A DNA stretch of 64,000 bases from a virus. Within the stretch, counting starts at the first letter, position 1; each line of letters begins with the position of its first letter. The translations under genes and the position numbers were made by a program. The notes below the pieces were generated by a model. It saw nothing but the letters and a program-made list of their open reading frames with translations. It did not search any database and was not told the DNA's origin. Shown here piece by piece: positions 28,293 to 37,296 of the stretch. The stretch covers positions 64,001-128,000 of IMG/VR virus record IMGVR_UViG_3300048997_000130. One strand, written 5' to 3'.

Positions 28293-28787
28293 ATGTATAT
28301 AAATAGATATTATGAAGCGGTTTCCAAACTAGACAATGAACAACTATTAAGACTTACTGTTTTAGAATGGCTCTACGACAAGTCCCCAGCTGCGAGCAAA
28401 ACAGGTCGTACTTATTTAACTGCATTGGCTGTTTTAGGTTGCTCGCTTCGGAATCCAAATTATCCGATATTTATAACAGATCACGCTGGAAACGGCACGG
28501 TCGTTAAACAAAATTTGTTTAATGAAATTTCTAAATTAATAGGAATCGTGGATGAAAAAAATTTCATCCAATTTGGAACTCAAATTATGTTTAAATTGCC
28601 TGAAGAAGAACAACCCGACCAGCATATGATTCCGAATATCGCTCCATCTTTGCGCGGGGTTTTTAGACGACTGCTTGTTAAATTGCTTAAAGACGCAGTA
28701 ACATTAGTTATGCGCAACGGACTTTCTTACGAAGAAGTCTGTATTGCGACAAACGAAGTGATTATACTAGGAGTCCAAGACTCTTGA
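28293..28787 (+). CDS. Hypothetical protein with shared C-terminal tag
   Basis: Ends NGLSYEEVCIATNEVIILGVQDS*. Confidence 0.7.
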   Translation: MYINRYYEAVSKLDNEQLLRLTVLEWLYDKSPAASKTGRTYLTALAVLGCSLRNPNYPIFITDHAGNGTVVKQNLFNEISKLIGIVDEKNFIQFGTQIMFKLPEEEQPDQHMIPNIAPSLRGVFRRLLVKLLKDAVTLVMRNGLSYEEVCIATNEVIILGVQDS

Positions 28788-29335
28788 AGAAAAGAATTTT
28801 ACTTGACGTGGATGGAGTGCTTGCTGCATTCCATGAACGCGCTATTAAAGAAATACGAGAACTGTTTGATTTAGATATAACAATGCAAGATTTCCCGGAT
28901 TGGGACGTTACTCATGTTCTGGAAAATGAAGAAGACAGGAGTTTATTAAATTCTCGAATTCATGAACCCGGATGGGCAACGTCTCTCGAGCCTTATCCAC
29001 AAGCTATCCATGCGGTCCAAGAACTGCGTCGGAACAATATTGAAATAATGTTCGCGACCAGTCCCAATCAACATTCAGATACTTGGATGCGAGAGCGAGA
29101 CAAATGGCTAATTCGGCACTTTGGTATGAAATTTGACGAAATTGCGCATATTCATAAAAAATATTGGCTGGTTGCTGATATGTTGGTAGATGATAAAATA
29201 TCTAATGTTCTGATTTATTCTCAACATCATCCAGGAAAACATGCGTTGTTGTGGGATCAGACTTATAATAGGAAGGACATACAATGCAAGCGCGCTCTGT
29301 GTTGGGACAAAGATGTTCTAGCTGTATTTATCTGA
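28784..29335 (+). CDS. Second HAD-family 5'(3')-deoxyribonucleotidase (NT5C-like)
   Basis: ILLDVDGVLA, FATSP, RDKWLIRHF, MLVDDK. Confidence 0.85.
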   Translation: MKKRILLDVDGVLAAFHERAIKEIRELFDLDITMQDFPDWDVTHVLENEEDRSLLNSRIHEPGWATSLEPYPQAIHAVQELRRNNIEIMFATSPNQHSDTWMRERDKWLIRHFGMKFDEIAHIHKKYWLVADMLVDDKISNVLIYSQHHPGKHALLWDQTYNRKDIQCKRALCWDKDVLAVFI

Positions 29336-29365
29336 CACTCTAGGCTTTTCAAGCAAGGTGATGAT

Positions 29366-29590
29366 ATGGACAATTCATTCCAAATGACTCCAGACGAATT
29401 CAGACATTTGGTAAAGACTTGGGCTATGTGTTCCAATCAATCGCAACGTCCTCGTCAGCAAACTATTGCTGGATTCGATGCAGATATTGCTAAAGCATAT
29501 CAAAATGTTTTGGATGCAGAAGAAGAACTTTTTAAATTGTGCAGTTTCAAAGTGAATGCTAATCCGGATTTCTATAATATAACGGCTTAA
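29366..29590 (-). CDS. Hypothetical protein
   Basis: 74-aa ORF. Confidence 0.6.
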
Positions 29591-29904
29591 CTATTCATTA
29601 TATTGTGGAGTATTGCTAATTTTTGAGCTTCCGAACACGATTCAGGGATTTTAGATTTGAATCGTGTTAGCAGTCGTTCAAGAATGTGAGTGAATAATGA
29701 TTCATGTTTATGGCGATTGATGTTCAGGAATTTATCTGTGACTTTCAAAATGGCAATCCAATCACAATTTTGACAAGTCAGCATATAAGAAGGTAAATGG
29801 GAACTCAAGTCTTTATCTAAAGATTCATGGATGAACAAGATGTGATCACCATGATTGGAGTCGATGTTAAAAGATTTTGGAATGATTATTTGAGGCGAAT
29901 TCAT
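29587..29904 (-). CDS. Small H/CxxC/C protein with shared C-terminal tag
   Basis: LTCQNC..ESCSEAQKLAILHNIMNS*. Confidence 0.7.
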   Translation of the reverse strand: MNSPQIIIPKSFNIDSNHGDHILFIHESLDKDLSSHLPSYMLTCQNCDWIAILKVTDKFLNINRHKHESLFTHILERLLTRFKSKIPESCSEAQKLAILHNIMNS

Positions 29905-30242
29905 GTTCGCATGATTTGGCGAATTATTGAAGATTTTTCACAGTCTTTGCATTGTATTGGATGTAAAAATATTTCTTCAGGAGCGACGCCATGGAAGACA
30001 GCGTCAGTGAAGCGTTTATTGTCCTCCGAACATGCTTCGAAAGCGCATCGGAACAAATGGATGGAGTGGCGTTCTTTGTGCAAATCCACGTTCGACAATG
30101 TGAATGATTTTCCATCGCGTGATGTGAAACCTTGGAAACCTGCATGGAAATCTATTATGGGAAAGACATACAAGCCAGTTTGACGAATGTGTTGCGAGAC
30201 TGCGTCGAGGAGCGCTCGTATCATGACTGCATTATGTGCCAA
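29901..30242 (-). CDS. Small Cys protein with shared C-terminal tag
   Basis: IQCKDCEKSSIIRQIMRT*. Confidence 0.7.
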   Translation of the reverse strand: MAHNAVMIRALLDAVSQHIRQTGLYVFPIIDFHAGFQGFTSRDGKSFTLSNVDLHKERHSIHLFRCAFEACSEDNKRFTDAVFHGVAPEEIFLHPIQCKDCEKSSIIRQIMRT

Positions 30243-30493
30243 ACGGTTTGATACTTTTCAATGTCTTGCGGCGAACAACTTTGTCCAACGCGATGAATGA
30301 TTTGGCGAATGATGCCCGAAACTGGGACGTCAATGTTGGAATTCAAAATGGGAACGTGGTCTGATTTGTGCGAACCGCAAACGGAACAACTGACGTGAAT
30401 GGGGATGCCATGCCTGACATCTCGGATTTCGGAAAGTTCAAACTGGAAAACATGATTTCCAAATTCAGGACGATGGACGACTTCGGATTTCAT
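30221..30493 (-). CDS. Small H/CxxC/C protein with shared C-terminal tag
   Basis: NHVFQ..VSCSVC..QSCS..TVWHIMQS*; start moved to MKSEVV. Confidence 0.7.
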   Translation of the reverse strand: MKSEVVHRPEFGNHVFQFELSEIRDVRHGIPIHVSCSVCGSHKSDHVPILNSNIDVPVSGIIRQIIHRVGQSCSPQDIEKYQTVWHIMQS

Positions 30494-30540
30494 GTTAGGA
30501 CGTGGAAAATCCAAGATTTGGAACGGTACAATGACAAACC

Positions 30541-31347
30541 ATGACAAAAAAGGAAAAACCTCGAGCTTTGGGCCTGACCGCAAGAGACTGCGTCGAAGCG
30601 CTTCGAAAAGCGTTCCCGATGCCCGCTTACGCGCTGTTTGAACAAGTGGGAAATGCGACTGGAGCCCGAACCCAACGCTGGGCAGACGTGCTCATTTTGT
30701 CCATTTGGCCGAGCCGTGGTTTGAACCTTTCCGGATTTGAAATCAAAGTGTTTCGGTCGGACTGGAAAAAGGAACTTGCGGAGCCGGCCAAAAGCGAGGC
30801 TGTGCAAAAATTTTGCGACAACTGGTTCGTGGTGGCTCCGCAAGGTTTGATTGAAGCCTCGGAAATGCCTGAATGCTGGGGCTTGCTTGAAGTGACCGAA
30901 AAGCGAAAACTGGTGACTGCGAAACCAGGGCCGACGTTGCAAGCTTGCCCGATGACCAAAGATTTCTTGGCCGCTTTGTTGCGAAGGCAGGCGGAGAGCT
31001 TTGAAGCCGTTGTGGAAAGTCGATGCCGGGAAGCGCGCCAAGCTGGAGAAGAAACCGGGGCGCCCGAAATGGCTCGGAGACTGAACGTTGTGCAAGAAAA
31101 CTTTCAAGAGCTGTCGAACCAAATGACTGAATTTGAACGTGCCAGCGGCGTGGACGTGCGACATGCTTGGGACTGCGGAAAAATTGGGGAAGCCGTGCGC
31201 AAAGTGATGAATGCAGGCTTTCGACAAACGGCTTCGGAAGTGGCTCGAAATGCTATTGCCGAACACCGGCAAATGATTCAAGCGCTGGAATGCGAACTGT
31301 CATACTTGGAGAGCGTTGGCCAAGACAAGACGCCGAGCTTGACGTAA
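30541..31347 (+). CDS. PD-(D/E)XK nuclease-like protein (MmcB-like phage family)
   Basis: RWADVLILSIWPSRG..GFEIKVFRSDW..FCDNWFVVAP..WGLL. Confidence 0.75.
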   Translation: MTKKEKPRALGLTARDCVEALRKAFPMPAYALFEQVGNATGARTQRWADVLILSIWPSRGLNLSGFEIKVFRSDWKKELAEPAKSEAVQKFCDNWFVVAPQGLIEASEMPECWGLLEVTEKRKLVTAKPGPTLQACPMTKDFLAALLRRQAESFEAVVESRCREARQAGEETGAPEMARRLNVVQENFQELSNQMTEFERASGVDVRHAWDCGKIGEAVRKVMNAGFRQTASEVARNAIAEHRQMIQALECELSYLESVGQDKTPSLT

Positions 31348-32148
31348 AACTGCAAGCTGGATGGAATGGAAGCTTTCGACGCTGGAAATGGGGACGATTT
31401 CCGAAAGCCCATGTTTTCGGCAGAGACTGGCCACGAACTGGCTGGCCAGACTGGAAGAAGGCGGAGCAAAATGCAGAATGCTGTGAAAGCGCCGAAGCAA
31501 CGCTGTATCCAGCATGTCCGGCCGATTGGTGGTGGCAATGAGAATGCCGTTGGGAACGTTGTCCAGAAGCGCAAGAAGCGTGCAAACTATGCGAGACTCC
31601 TCACGCGACGCCTCGTTGGAATGCGCGGCTCGAACGGTGCCTAGAGCGTCGATTTCATCAAGAATGAGAATGTGGTTCGAACGCAGGACGTCAAAAAGCT
31701 GATTCAAATTTTGACCGGTGGAGCCCAGGAAAGATTCAACGACGCGCGGCAAACTGACCAAAAATGCTGGACGGCCAAGTTCAACCGAAAGCCATTGAGC
31801 GGCTGCGGTTTTGCCGTTGCCAGGTAAACCCTGGAACAAAATGCGAGACCGAGGAACGAGATTTCGAGCGGAAAGCAAATGGGAATGCGCTTGTTCTAAA
31901 ACGATGTCCCGAAGCTCGGACCAAATGTGCGATTCCAAGAACAAATGCGGCTGAACGCACGGAACTGGATGCGTGAGCTCAAGAACGCGCGCAGAAAGCT
32001 TGGCCGGCTTCATGGCCTGTTCGATTTTCTCTCGCTGTTCAAGACTTGGATGCGTGGCCACGACTTGCTCGGACAAAGATTGGAACCGGACAGCGTCACT
32101 GTTGAAATGCGCCAGAATGAGTTCACTTAGCAAATCAGGCTTTTTCAT
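31300..32148 (-). CDS. AAA+ ATPase
   Basis: GLPGNGKT (Walker A), LILDEID (Walker B), ATTNRPDMLDTALLRRF (second region of homology). Confidence 0.92.
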   Translation of the reverse strand: MKKPDLLSELILAHFNSDAVRFQSLSEQVVATHPSLEQREKIEQAMKPAKLSARVLELTHPVPCVQPHLFLESHIWSELRDIVLEQAHSHLLSARNLVPRSRILFQGLPGNGKTAAAQWLSVELGRPAFLVSLPRVVESFLGSTGQNLNQLFDVLRSNHILILDEIDALGTVRAAHSNEASREESRIVCTLLALLDNVPNGILIATTNRPDMLDTALLRRFHSILHFAPPSSSLASQFVASLCRKHGLSEIVPISSVESFHSIQLAVLRQARRLVLANALQV

Positions 32149-32207
32149 TTATGATGTTACCTTCGAATGAAATTTCAACCTTCATGGTTCGAAACCCCCA
32201 AACCAAA

Positions 32208-32435
32208 TCATTCAGATTGAGTGAATTCAATGACGGTCAGATCAAAAATGTCTTGAAGTTCGTCCACGGAAATGTCTGCCGCAAGACAAGTGCGAATGAG
32301 ATGTTGTAAAGACTGCCTGAGGGGAGGAGGACTTGGCGAACCAGAAATGTGATTGTTGACGCTGGATTTCAAATCCGTTAGCATTCGAACCATGTCCGAC
32401 AATGATGGAGGAGCTGGCGGATTTCCTTGAGACAT
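32208..32435 (-). CDS. Small helical protein with variant C-terminal tag
   Basis: Ends CLAADISVDELQDIFDLTVIEFTQSE*. Confidence 0.65.
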   Translation of the reverse strand: MSQGNPPAPPSLSDMVRMLTDLKSSVNNHISGSPSPPPLRQSLQHLIRTCLAADISVDELQDIFDLTVIEFTQSE

Positions 32436-32738
32436 TTATTCTTCTTGCGTGACTTCGATGGCTTCCAGCCTGAAAATTTCTATGATGCGTTCAATGGGAA
32501 CGTTGTTTTGGAAACAACGCCTGAGCGCCTGCCTTAAATCAACTTCCGGAGCGCTTTCTGCGGGAAATGATTTAATGTTTTCCAAATCATGAATGACGGT
32601 GGATAAATCTTCGGTGTAGAACTTGGAGGGAAGATGACCGGGATTGGAAAATGTGCCGTTATGTGCATTCAAATCAACTGGCGATATGGATTGGTTGGAC
32701 GTCGCCAGCAAACGGGCAATGTGTGATTTGATGTCCAT
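32436..32738 (-). CDS. Small helical protein with variant C-terminal tag (paralog of preceding)
   Basis: Ends CFQNNVPIERIIEIFRLEAIEVTQEE*. Confidence 0.65.
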   Translation of the reverse strand: MDIKSHIARLLATSNQSISPVDLNAHNGTFSNPGHLPSKFYTEDLSTVIHDLENIKSFPAESAPEVDLRQALRRCFQNNVPIERIIEIFRLEAIEVTQEE

Positions 32739-32757
32739 TTCACAAAATTATACAGAA

Positions 32758-33117
32758 TTACTCAACCACAGTCAAATGTTCTGGGAGATAAGAATATCGA
32801 AGATTTTCAGGCTCCCAACGCACATCGACCTCTGGACCGATGTTTTCCAAGTTAAATCTGGACGTGCCAGGTTTATGATTGTTGAAATCAGTGAGTCCAA
32901 GAACGACTCCTGTCGAATTTCCAAATTCGGCAACGTGCCTGGACGAACAAGCTAGACAATCGTCATCTAAGAACGGACCCGTATGTGCCTGAATGCAGTT
33001 CCCGATGAGCAAAGCTTTAAAGGAATCCGAAAGTCGAACCCGAGTGCCCTTTTCCATTTCTAAGTTTACATTTGGAACAAGAAATCCTAATGGCCTTATA
33101 TTGGACAGAGGACCCAA
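32758..33117 (-). CDS. Hypothetical protein (SH3-like beta pattern)
   Basis: GTRVRLS..TGVVLG..VDVRWE. Confidence 0.6.
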   Translation of the reverse strand: MGPLSNIRPLGFLVPNVNLEMEKGTRVRLSDSFKALLIGNCIQAHTGPFLDDDCLACSSRHVAEFGNSTGVVLGLTDFNNHKPGTSRFNLENIGPEVDVRWEPENLRYSYLPEHLTVVE

Positions 33118-33164
33118 AGCCGCGGGGAAATTTAGATTCTTGTTCCAAAAAGGTTATTTAAAAA

Positions 33165-33554
33165 TTACGTTTTAAGGACGATGTTTCCCCATTTGGTGGT
33201 CTGAGGTCTTCTGTGGGCTCGCACCATAATGCCAGTTTTTACTGCGTCGGATGGAGGATCTTTACCACGGAAATGGCAAGCTTCTAGGAGAATCGGGAAA
33301 TAGAAAGTTTCGTTTCCCGATTCTATTCGAATCATATTACATTGATGTTTAGTGCTTTTAGCAATTTGGAGAATTCCTGAAAGGAGGTCCCAAAGATTGC
33401 GGCGAGTCCTGACGCCTCGTTGTTTCCATGATGTTAGAAGTAAATTCCATTGTTCTAGTGCATAACGAGCGAGAGATCGAGCTTCAGGTGAGGATGATGA
33501 AATGGATACGCGTTTCAACCATTCTGGAGCGGTTTCATGACCATTACGTGGCAT
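33165..33554 (-). CDS. Hypothetical protein
   Basis: 129-aa ORF. Confidence 0.55.
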   Translation of the reverse strand: MPRNGHETAPEWLKRVSISSSSPEARSLARYALEQWNLLLTSWKQRGVRTRRNLWDLLSGILQIAKSTKHQCNMIRIESGNETFYFPILLEACHFRGKDPPSDAVKTGIMVRAHRRPQTTKWGNIVLKT

Positions 33555-33611
33555 GAATTAAAAATACAATTGAACTCCTCTATGCAAAATTAATATACTC
33601 CAAAATCGAAC

Positions 33612-33866
33612 CTAATCATTTTGGAAAGGCCCCACCACGTACAACTCATTTCCGGAATTTTTTAAAGTAATATGCATCTTTTCCAGAAGGGCTCCGTCAC
33701 ATACAAAATATATTTTTGAAGTAATATATATTTTTCTTTTCGGGCCCCACCACGTACAACCCGGACTACCCATTTGAATAGGGGGACCCGCCCGGATTTC
33801 TCGTGCATCCGGTTCCCCTCCAAAAAGACTTCCCCCGGTGATTCCTATACTATCTATGTATGGCAT
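33612..33866 (-). CDS. Hypothetical protein
   Basis: 84-aa ORF. Confidence 0.55.
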   Translation of the reverse strand: MPYIDSIGITGGSLFGGEPDAREIRAGPPIQMGSPGCTWWGPKRKIYITSKIYFVCDGALLEKMHITLKNSGNELYVVGPFQND

Positions 33867-33954
33867 ATACTAATTATTAGGGGGTGGATATTTATATACT
33901 AGTATCTGGATAGATATTCCCTCCGGGGAGGATGGGACTGTTATCTCCGGGTCC

Positions 33955-33981
33955 CCTCCTCCCCGCGTCGCGGGGAGGAGG
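33955..33981. terminator. GC-rich hairpin downstream of ORF 33999-34295
   Basis: CCTCCTCCCCGCG-T-CGCGGGGAGGAGG. Confidence 0.55.
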
Positions 33982-33998
33982 TTAGATTTCTGCGCGGT

Positions 33999-34295
33999 TT
34001 AGCGCTGGCGGCATTTGCCTTCCATGAGTGACCGGGCTTGCTCGGCGAACAAGATGGCTCGCGAACCTTTCGGCCAGGCTCGGTGGATTTGCGGGTCCGG
34101 ATGGTCCTCATCGATTGTGACAACGATGGCTTCGGACTTGGGGTCGTACATGAACGGGCTGCCTGCTTGTCCGGTGTCGTAGAACCGGACTTGGACAAGT
34201 TTGTTATGGAGCAAGCCACGAACGTAATGGACGCCCGACTTAGCAGCTTCGATTTGTTCCTCGGAATACACTGGCTGGGTCTGCGATTTCTTCAT
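33999..34295 (-). CDS. Hypothetical early-type protein
   Basis: Preceded by a full promoter-RBS cassette. Confidence 0.75.
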   Translation of the reverse strand: MKKSQTQPVYSEEQIEAAKSGVHYVRGLLHNKLVQVRFYDTGQAGSPFMYDPKSEAIVVTIDEDHPDPQIHRAWPKGSRAILFAEQARSLMEGKCRQR

Positions 34296-34301
34296 TTGTC
34301 C

Positions 34302-34343
34302 GAACCTCCAGTCCTGACTATAGAGGAACCCGGGAGATTTACG
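34302..34343 (-). promoter_or_regulatory. Promoter+RBS cassette (type copy)
   Basis: CGTAAA-TCTCCCGGGTTCCTC-TATAGT-CAGGAC-TGGAGGTTC on minus. Confidence 0.8.
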
Positions 34344-34536
34344 AGATTTTCTGCCAGGTCAGCCCGCCCATGTTTTGCCAGACGCCGACCGTGATTTGCG
34401 AATTTGGGGATGCTGTCTGGAATTCCCGCTTCTTCTTGTTAACGCCCGACCGTGATTTGTACAGGCCTGCCGCCGGCTGAGGTTGACCGTTTACTTCCAC
34501 CACCCACCACTGATTTTCTGGAAGAGCTTTAGGCAC
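34339..34536 (-). CDS. Hypothetical early-type protein
   Basis: GTG start behind a cassette copy. Confidence 0.7.
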   Translation of the reverse strand: MPKALPENQWWVVEVNGQPQPAAGLYKSRSGVNKKKREFQTASPNSQITVGVWQNMGGLTWQKIS

Positions 34537-34538
34537 TA

Positions 34539-34594
34539 GAACCTCCAGTCCTGACTATAAAGGAACCCGGGAGATTTGCGGCTCCCGGGTTCCT
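34539..34594 (-). promoter_or_regulatory. Promoter+RBS cassette, near-identical to 34302-34343; -35-like box in the loop of a 13-bp hairpin
   Basis: Two mismatches over 42 bp; stem AGGAACCCGGGAG/CTCCCGGGTTCCT at 34561-34594. Confidence 0.8.
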
Positions 34595-34599
34595 GATTT

Positions 34600-34791
34600 T
34601 CAGCGGAAAAGGGCGTTTTCGAGGTTGGCGTCGTCGAACTTGGCACCCGAGAGATTCGCGTCACGGAAGTCCGCATTGCGGAGGTCGGCCCCACGGAAGT
34701 CCGCATTGCGGAGATTAGCGCCTTGGAAATTAGCACACTGGAGGTTGGAACCTGCAAAATTGCCATTCTCGAGATTTTGAACGTTGGTCAT
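34600..34791 (-). CDS. Small pentapeptide-repeat protein
   Basis: ANFQG ANLRN ADFRG ADLRN ADFRD ANLSG AKFDD ANLEN; 30-bp DNA periodicity. Confidence 0.85.
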   Translation of the reverse strand: MTNVQNLENGNFAGSNLQCANFQGANLRNADFRGADLRNADFRDANLSGAKFDDANLENALFR

Positions 34792-34872
34792 TTTCTGGAA
34801 TCTCCCAATTTCTGCTAAAGCGCCCGGGACCAAATTTCCGCTTTCTGGTCCCCGGGCGCTTGGTTCGAGCTG

Positions 34873-35199
34873 TTAGCGACCGGCGAGCAGGATCTCACTG
34901 GTTCCGGCCTGGCTTGTGAAGCCCGAGCCGCCGTGCGTGCGTGAAGATCCCGGCCCGAACCAGCGGTCATTGGACGAAGTGGTGAAACCTCGGGTGCGCT
35001 TGAGCGCCAGGCGAGTCTCCAGGGCAAGCCCGAAGCTCTCGAGCGCCTGGCGAATGCTGGCGACCGGCGTGCGCAGCCGAAAGTTCAGGGCGGTCAGGTC
35101 TTCGTGGGAAAAAGTCTCTTTGTCGTCGTCCATGCAAAACTGCACGAACGCTTCGATGCTTGCGAACTCAGGTGCCGACTTGAACGTGATATTTGCCAT
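34873..35199 (-). CDS. Hypothetical early-type protein
   Basis: Start MANITF behind cassette 35210-35248. Confidence 0.75.
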   Translation of the reverse strand: MANITFKSAPEFASIEAFVQFCMDDDKETFSHEDLTALNFRLRTPVASIRQALESFGLALETRLALKRTRGFTTSSNDRWFGPGSSRTHGGSGFTSQAGTSEILLAGR

Positions 35200-35351
35200 T
35201 TTGCCAGTGCCTCCATTCCCTTCTATGCTCGGAGGCACTGGATTTACGAAGACCGGGAAACGGCCTTTTGGAGACACTGGACGCCCTGATATAGCTAGGG
35301 GATTAATTCAAGCGCAAGGAAAACCCCACGGAACGTCAGGACTACCCATTC

Positions 35352-35666
35352 CTACATACGAATCTTGGCTTTGCCGTCTTGGACCGACAGCACGTCCAGG
35401 TGTTTCTCTTCTTTCAGATACCTGTAGAATCTGAAATCTTCCTCGTCCGCATCCCGGCAGTCTTCACGTGAGATGAAACCCAGGTCGGGATGTCCAAACG
35501 TGAGATCCGAAAAAGTCAGTTCGAAGGTGACGATTTTGGACGATTTCTTGGCCATAGGCTTTACGCAATCTCCGTTTTGATGTCCGGCCAGGGAAACTTT
35601 CCCGTGCTCTCGAATCCAACTATAACGATAGCCGCAAAATTTGCAGAATTCGGCAGGGACGGTCAT
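35352..35666 (-). CDS. Hypothetical protein with CxxC
   Basis: FCKFCGY..HQNGDC. Confidence 0.6.
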   Translation of the reverse strand: MTVPAEFCKFCGYRYSWIREHGKVSLAGHQNGDCVKPMAKKSSKIVTFELTFSDLTFGHPDLGFISREDCRDADEEDFRFYRYLKEEKHLDVLSVQDGKAKIRM

Positions 35667-35667
35667 C

Positions 35668-35952
35668 TTAGCCTCGAATCAATTTTTGCTCGGGTTCGAA
35701 AAGAGCAATACGAATTATTGAAGTCAGTTTATCTGCTTGGACTTCTAGGCCGGTTATCGAATTCCAAATCTCTCTATGCTTTGAAGTCCCGAATTTACGC
35801 TTGGACAGGGCCACGTTGAGCTTGCCAATCGTTTGGTAAATGCTCGGGAGTTCATTCAAAGCTGCCCAAGCCTCGTGTTTTAGATTGGAAATCATCGGGT
35901 TTTTCTCGCGTGCGCGCGTCATGCACGTCGCGATTCGCGCGCACAAGGGCAT
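35668..35952 (-). CDS. Hypothetical protein (start uncertain)
   Basis: Helical ORF; likely start MISNLK. Confidence 0.5.
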   Translation of the reverse strand: MPLCARIATCMTRAREKNPMISNLKHEAWAALNELPSIYQTIGKLNVALSKRKFGTSKHREIWNSITGLEVQADKLTSIIRIALFEPEQKLIRG

Positions 35953-36088
35953 TCAAATTGGGATAATTTCAGGAAAATCGGAAGCTCGTCTCTCCGAGCT
36001 GTCACGCCGAACCACAGGTGGCGTTCCCCGCCCGATCCTTTAGAATCGATCAGGTTAACATTTGCTGCTACGAAAGATGGAGGGAAAT

Positions 36089-36253
36089 TTACGAGACCGT
36101 CATGACTTCGTAGCGAACGTTTTTGCGTTCGAGAATGACGGCGTTGGGCCGGACGCCCACGACAACGTAGCCCAGATCCGTGAAATGCGCCAGGCCAATG
36201 GCCCGGTCGAGCACATGCTGGAAAGAACAACTTTTGAGAACTTGAATTTCCAT
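36089..36253 (-). CDS. Unlisted 54-aa protein MEIQVLKSCSF...
   Basis: Own cassette (CGTAAG-N15-TATAGT-..GGAGA) upstream; stop TAA lies inside the next CGTAAA. Confidence 0.65.
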   Translation of the reverse strand: MEIQVLKSCSFQHVLDRAIGLAHFTDLGYVVVGVRPNAVILERKNVRYEVMTVS

Positions 36254-36292
36254 GGGAATCTCCACCCCTCACTATAGGAAGAATCTCGGGAC

Positions 36293-36547
36293 TTACGCCA
36301 GCCATTCCACGCGGGTTAGACACCACATATACTGGCCATGCGTGGCATTATATACCGATTGCTCTCGGGCAATTCCGAGCTCGGCCAGGTGGTTGAGGCT
36401 GAACACCACGCTGGTCAACGTGAAACCGGCTTCGCGGGCGATTTCGACAGGGTCGGCATGGCCGGCGCGCGACAAATGACGCGCGACAGCACGAGTTTCC
36501 AAGGCCAAGTCATGCGATTTGAGCGTGGCGTTCAGTTCTTGGTTCAT
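36293..36547 (-). CDS. Winged HTH DNA-binding protein
   Basis: VARHLSRAG..PVEIAREAGFTLTSVVFSLNHLAELGIA..YMWCL. Confidence 0.7.
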   Translation of the reverse strand: MNQELNATLKSHDLALETRAVARHLSRAGHADPVEIAREAGFTLTSVVFSLNHLAELGIAREQSVYNATHGQYMWCLTRVEWLA

Positions 36548-36591
36548 TTGGTCCGAGCCTCCACCCTACGCTAAGTTCAAGAAACCCAGAT

Positions 36592-37032
36592 TTACACTGT
36601 CCGGATTTGAGGCCGACAATACTGCGCTTTCCCGCCAATGTGCTCAACGAGCCGCACCTGGATTTCCGACCGGCCGTTCAGAATCTGAGCTGCCACACGC
36701 GTATGATTTTGCACATAATAAACGCCATCTTTCACAACCACCAGAGGCAGTTCTTGAGGCGCGTTTTCCGTGTACTTTCTGAGGCCGTCTCGGTATACGT
36801 AGTCTTGCACGGGAACCAGGACGGAAGCTGGAAGCTCGGTTTTAACTGCCAGCTTCAGAAATGCCTTCCTGGAGAACCCGAAAATCACCGGCGTGGAAGC
36901 GTTCTTGAAAATGCTTCCAATATCCACGATGTTCTCGCGTTGGGCGTTGGGTCCAAAGCCTCGCGACACGGTCTCCTCGGGCAAGCTCGGAAGCGCATCA
37001 ATGATGTCCAAAATGTTTTGTCGTGAGTTCAT
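36592..37032 (-). CDS. ParB/Srx-like fold protein (degenerate)
   Basis: LVPVQDYV..LPLVVVKDGVYYVQNHTRVAAQILNG..IQVRLV (DGHHR position reads QNHTR); start behind cassette 37040-37081. Confidence 0.55.
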   Translation of the reverse strand: MNSRQNILDIIDALPSLPEETVSRGFGPNAQRENIVDIGSIFKNASTPVIFGFSRKAFLKLAVKTELPASVLVPVQDYVYRDGLRKYTENAPQELPLVVVKDGVYYVQNHTRVAAQILNGRSEIQVRLVEHIGGKAQYCRPQIRTV

Positions 37033-37083
37033 TTCCCGGGTGCCTCCAGTCCGTTCTAAACCTTGGAGACTCGGATTTACGCG

Positions 37084-37184
37084 TGGACACGACGGGATTC
37101 GAACCCGCGATGACTTGGGAATGTTCATGGACTTGCTCCGGGGAACGCCATGCCCGACCTTTGCCAGTCTGAGGTATCGTGCCC
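37084..37184 (-). ncRNA. tRNA-like module with canonical acceptor, D and T arms but a non-canonical 48-nt middle
   Basis: GGGCACG/CGTGTCC+A, D-stem ACCT/AGGT with TGG in the loop, GCGGG-TTCGAAT-CCCGT; no standard anticodon arm; no encoded CCA. Confidence 0.7.
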
Positions 37185-37192
37185 CCGGCAGC

Positions 37193-37296
37193 CATCACTT
37201 CTCGAAGGACAAGGTCAAATCCGGTGCAAATTAGACAGTTGGGGGTCCATCTAATCGGCTGGTTTTGGATTTGACCTTATCTCTCGAGAAGTGATG
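37193..37296 (-). ncRNA. Long imperfect hairpin 5' of the tRNA-like module
   Basis: 13-bp + 12-bp + 6-bp perfect stems; begins right after an SD-less copy of the promoter (37308-37334). Confidence 0.7.

Noticed and set aside
37084-37184. Standard tRNA (e.g. Gly-CCC from TTCCCAA) or intron-containing tRNA
   Set aside because: No register gives a 5-bp anticodon stem with a 7-nt loop and a normal variable region, so it is reported as tRNA-like instead
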